Source: Macrostomum lignano
Lineage: Eukaryota
Direction of reading: 5' to 3'
Length of the DNA stretch: 64,000 bases
NCBI GenBank assembly: GCA_002269645.1
Contig: NIVC01002242.1
Coordinates: forward strand, 1 to 64,000
Part shown: in pieces, positions 62,205-64,000 of the stretch
How the letters are laid out: each line of letters opens with the position of its first letter
How positions within the stretch are numbered: position 1 is the first letter of the stretch
Notes under the pieces: model-generated
Database searches by the model: none
The model's input: only the letters and a program-made list of their open reading frames with translations
What the model was told of the DNA's origin: nothing
Position numbers and translations under genes: made by a program

Positions 62205-62462
62205 CTCCCAGACCCGTCAGGCTAAGCCGCTATCCTCCCAGACCCGTCAGGCTAAGCCGCTATCCTGTCACACCCGTCAGGCTAAGCCGCTATCCTTCCA
62301 GACCCGTCAGGCTAAGCCGCTATCCTGTCACACCCGTCAGGCTAAGCCGCTATCCTGTCACACCCGTCAGGCTAAGCCGCTATCCTCCCAGACCCGTCAG
62401 GCTAAGCCGCTATCCTGTAACACCCGTCAGGCTAAGCCGCTATCCTCCCAGACTAGGCCGCT
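62205..62462. repeat. 30-bp minisatellite CAGACCCGTCAGGCTAAGCCGCTATCCTCC upstream of dbr1
   Basis: About 8 units ending ~80 nt before the ATG. Confidence 0.93.
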
Positions 62463-62542
62463 ACCCTCTTATTGCCTCTCATAAAATTCAAGTTGATATT
62501 CTCTTTAATTCCCGCCTCATTCAGACAACATAAATCAGTACA

Positions 62543-64000
62543 ATGAAAGTGGCAGTTGTTGGCTGTCTGCACGGCGAATTAGACCGCGTCTACGCCACAA
62601 TTCGCGATCTTGAAGCGGAAGGCGGCTTCACAGTCGATCTGCTACTTTGCTGCGGCGACTTTCAAGCCGCTCGGAATGCAGCCGACTTGCGTTGTATGGC
62701 CGTGCCACCGAAGCACCGCAGAATGTGCGACTTCTGGCAGTATTATAATGAGACTAAGAAGGCGCCAATACTTACTATTGTTGTCGGCGGCAATCACGAG
62801 GCCTCGAATTATATGCAGGTGTGGCTTCGCTTCTATTTAGGGGAATTTTGGGCTTCTCTTTAACCGTCGCTTTATCGTGCTGAATATTTGTCTATCGATT
62901 GCTGAGAATACTGAAGAGAGCTCAGCGGCTGGTTGAATAAACCGAGAGAATCTGGTGGCTAAGGGGGGGGGGGCTTCACAAGACCGAAATTTCACATCGT
63001 AGAAAACTCAAAATATGCAAGGTGTGTGACTGATTGAACGACCAGCTCATACTCGTAGAATCTAGCAACTGAGCTGATTCTGAATGTATCTGATCAGAAT
63101 GAATCCGAAACTGGTGTAAAAACCTAAAACTTTGCGTCGCCGAAAAGTCTTGTTAGTCACTTCCGGCAGCTCAAAGCCATACGATGTTATGAAAATATCA
63201 AGCTTGTACCCGCCTGGATAGCCGATCCGGTTGTCGTCCGGCCGTCGTCCGCATTGGTCCGCGTTTGGTGGTCGATTCCGGACAAATGCAGCTTTTCGTC
63301 CGGTATTCATCCGGTTTAAGCTGCCGGACAAAGTAGCGGGCCAGTTTCCGGATCAGAGCCGGACAAAGTGGTGATTTTTTTACTTATTTAAGTTTAAGTT
63401 TAAGTTTATTTATCCCATTGAACCCCTAGTAAGAAGGTTGTAGCCTAGTTGTTAGAGCGTCGGACTCGCGACTTGAAGGTCGGGGGTTGGATTCCCCACC
63501 CCACTGGAACAATTTGTGTCTTTGAGCAAGACACTTAACTGTGCATTGCTTCAGTTCACCCAGCTGTAAAATGAGTGCCAGCAATTGAGGGTGTGTGTGG
63601 CGACCCCACTCCAGTCCTTGGACTGAACAGCCCGTATAATAGCTGCGGCTGAACTGTCGGTTGCACACCTTCCCAATAGGCTAGGTGTATCAATTATTAT
63701 TTGGAATTCTAGTGGAAGCGCCATCTCTACAGTATCTCTATTGCTAATCACCATAGGAACTGCCCTACGGCGGCTGGCTGGCTCCCAATATTTGGTATCT
63801 GGGCTACGCCGGCGTAGTGAATTTTGGCGGCCTCCGCATCGGCGGCCTGTCCGGCATATTCAAACAGCACGACTACGCGCTGGGCCATTTCGAGCATCCG
63901 CCCTACGACGATAGCAGTTTGCGTAGCGTCTATCATTTGCGCAGCATCGACGTGTTTCGCCTGCGCCAACTGCAGGCTCCCATTGATGTCATGCTGAGTC
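62543..64000 (+). CDS. dbr1: Lariat debranching enzyme, 5' part, join(62543..62818,63757..>64000)
   Basis: [14 protein letters not shown]...[13 protein letters not shown]...[11 protein letters not shown]|[21 protein letters not shown]...[11 protein letters not shown]; metallophosphoesterase motifs of DBR1. Runs off the window. Confidence 0.97.
63436..63701 (+). mobile_element. tRNA-derived SINE with CORE-like central domain in dbr1 intron 1
   Basis: A-box-like TAGCCTAGTTGTTAG and B-box-like GGTTGGATTCC, then GTGTCTTTGAGCAAGACACTTAAC...CCCAGCTGTAAAATGAG resembling the MIR/CORE-SINE consensus (recalled, not searched); (ATT)n tail. Confidence 0.65.

Noticed and set aside
63436-63510. tRNA gene
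   Set aside because: No proper acceptor stem, the B-box is mutated, and it continues into a SINE body.

Overview
Eukaryotic (metazoan) genomic DNA, not prokaryotic. GC-rich poly-Q/poly-A exons, GT-AG introns filled with minisatellites and AT-rich spacers suggest a free-living flatworm such as Macrostomum (inference from composition only). Seven spliced genes were reconstructed by hand with frame-consistent junctions: FoxD (+), an ELAV/Hu-family protein with only two RRMs (+), a two-Ig Dpr-like surface protein (+), Staufen (-), ENY2/Sus1 (+), a domain-less RGG/Ser-Pro protein (+) and the 5' part of Dbr1 (+). There is also one orphan ORF. The first ~41 kb hold about 28 unrelated tandem arrays (roughly 17 kb, hand estimate); these explain most long ORFs in the supplied track. 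From ~44 kb onward arrays almost vanish and are replaced by CpG-depleted introns with MITEs and SINEs. The most striking observation is that several arrays are amplified splice signals: ~30 copies of the FoxD exon-2 donor, ~33 copies of a branch-point-like motif in FoxD intron 1, and 18 in-frame copies of a splice acceptor in the Dpr-like gene. The last could give a variable-length 14-aa-repeat linker between the two Ig domains. All gene models and copy counts are manual and untested against RNA data.
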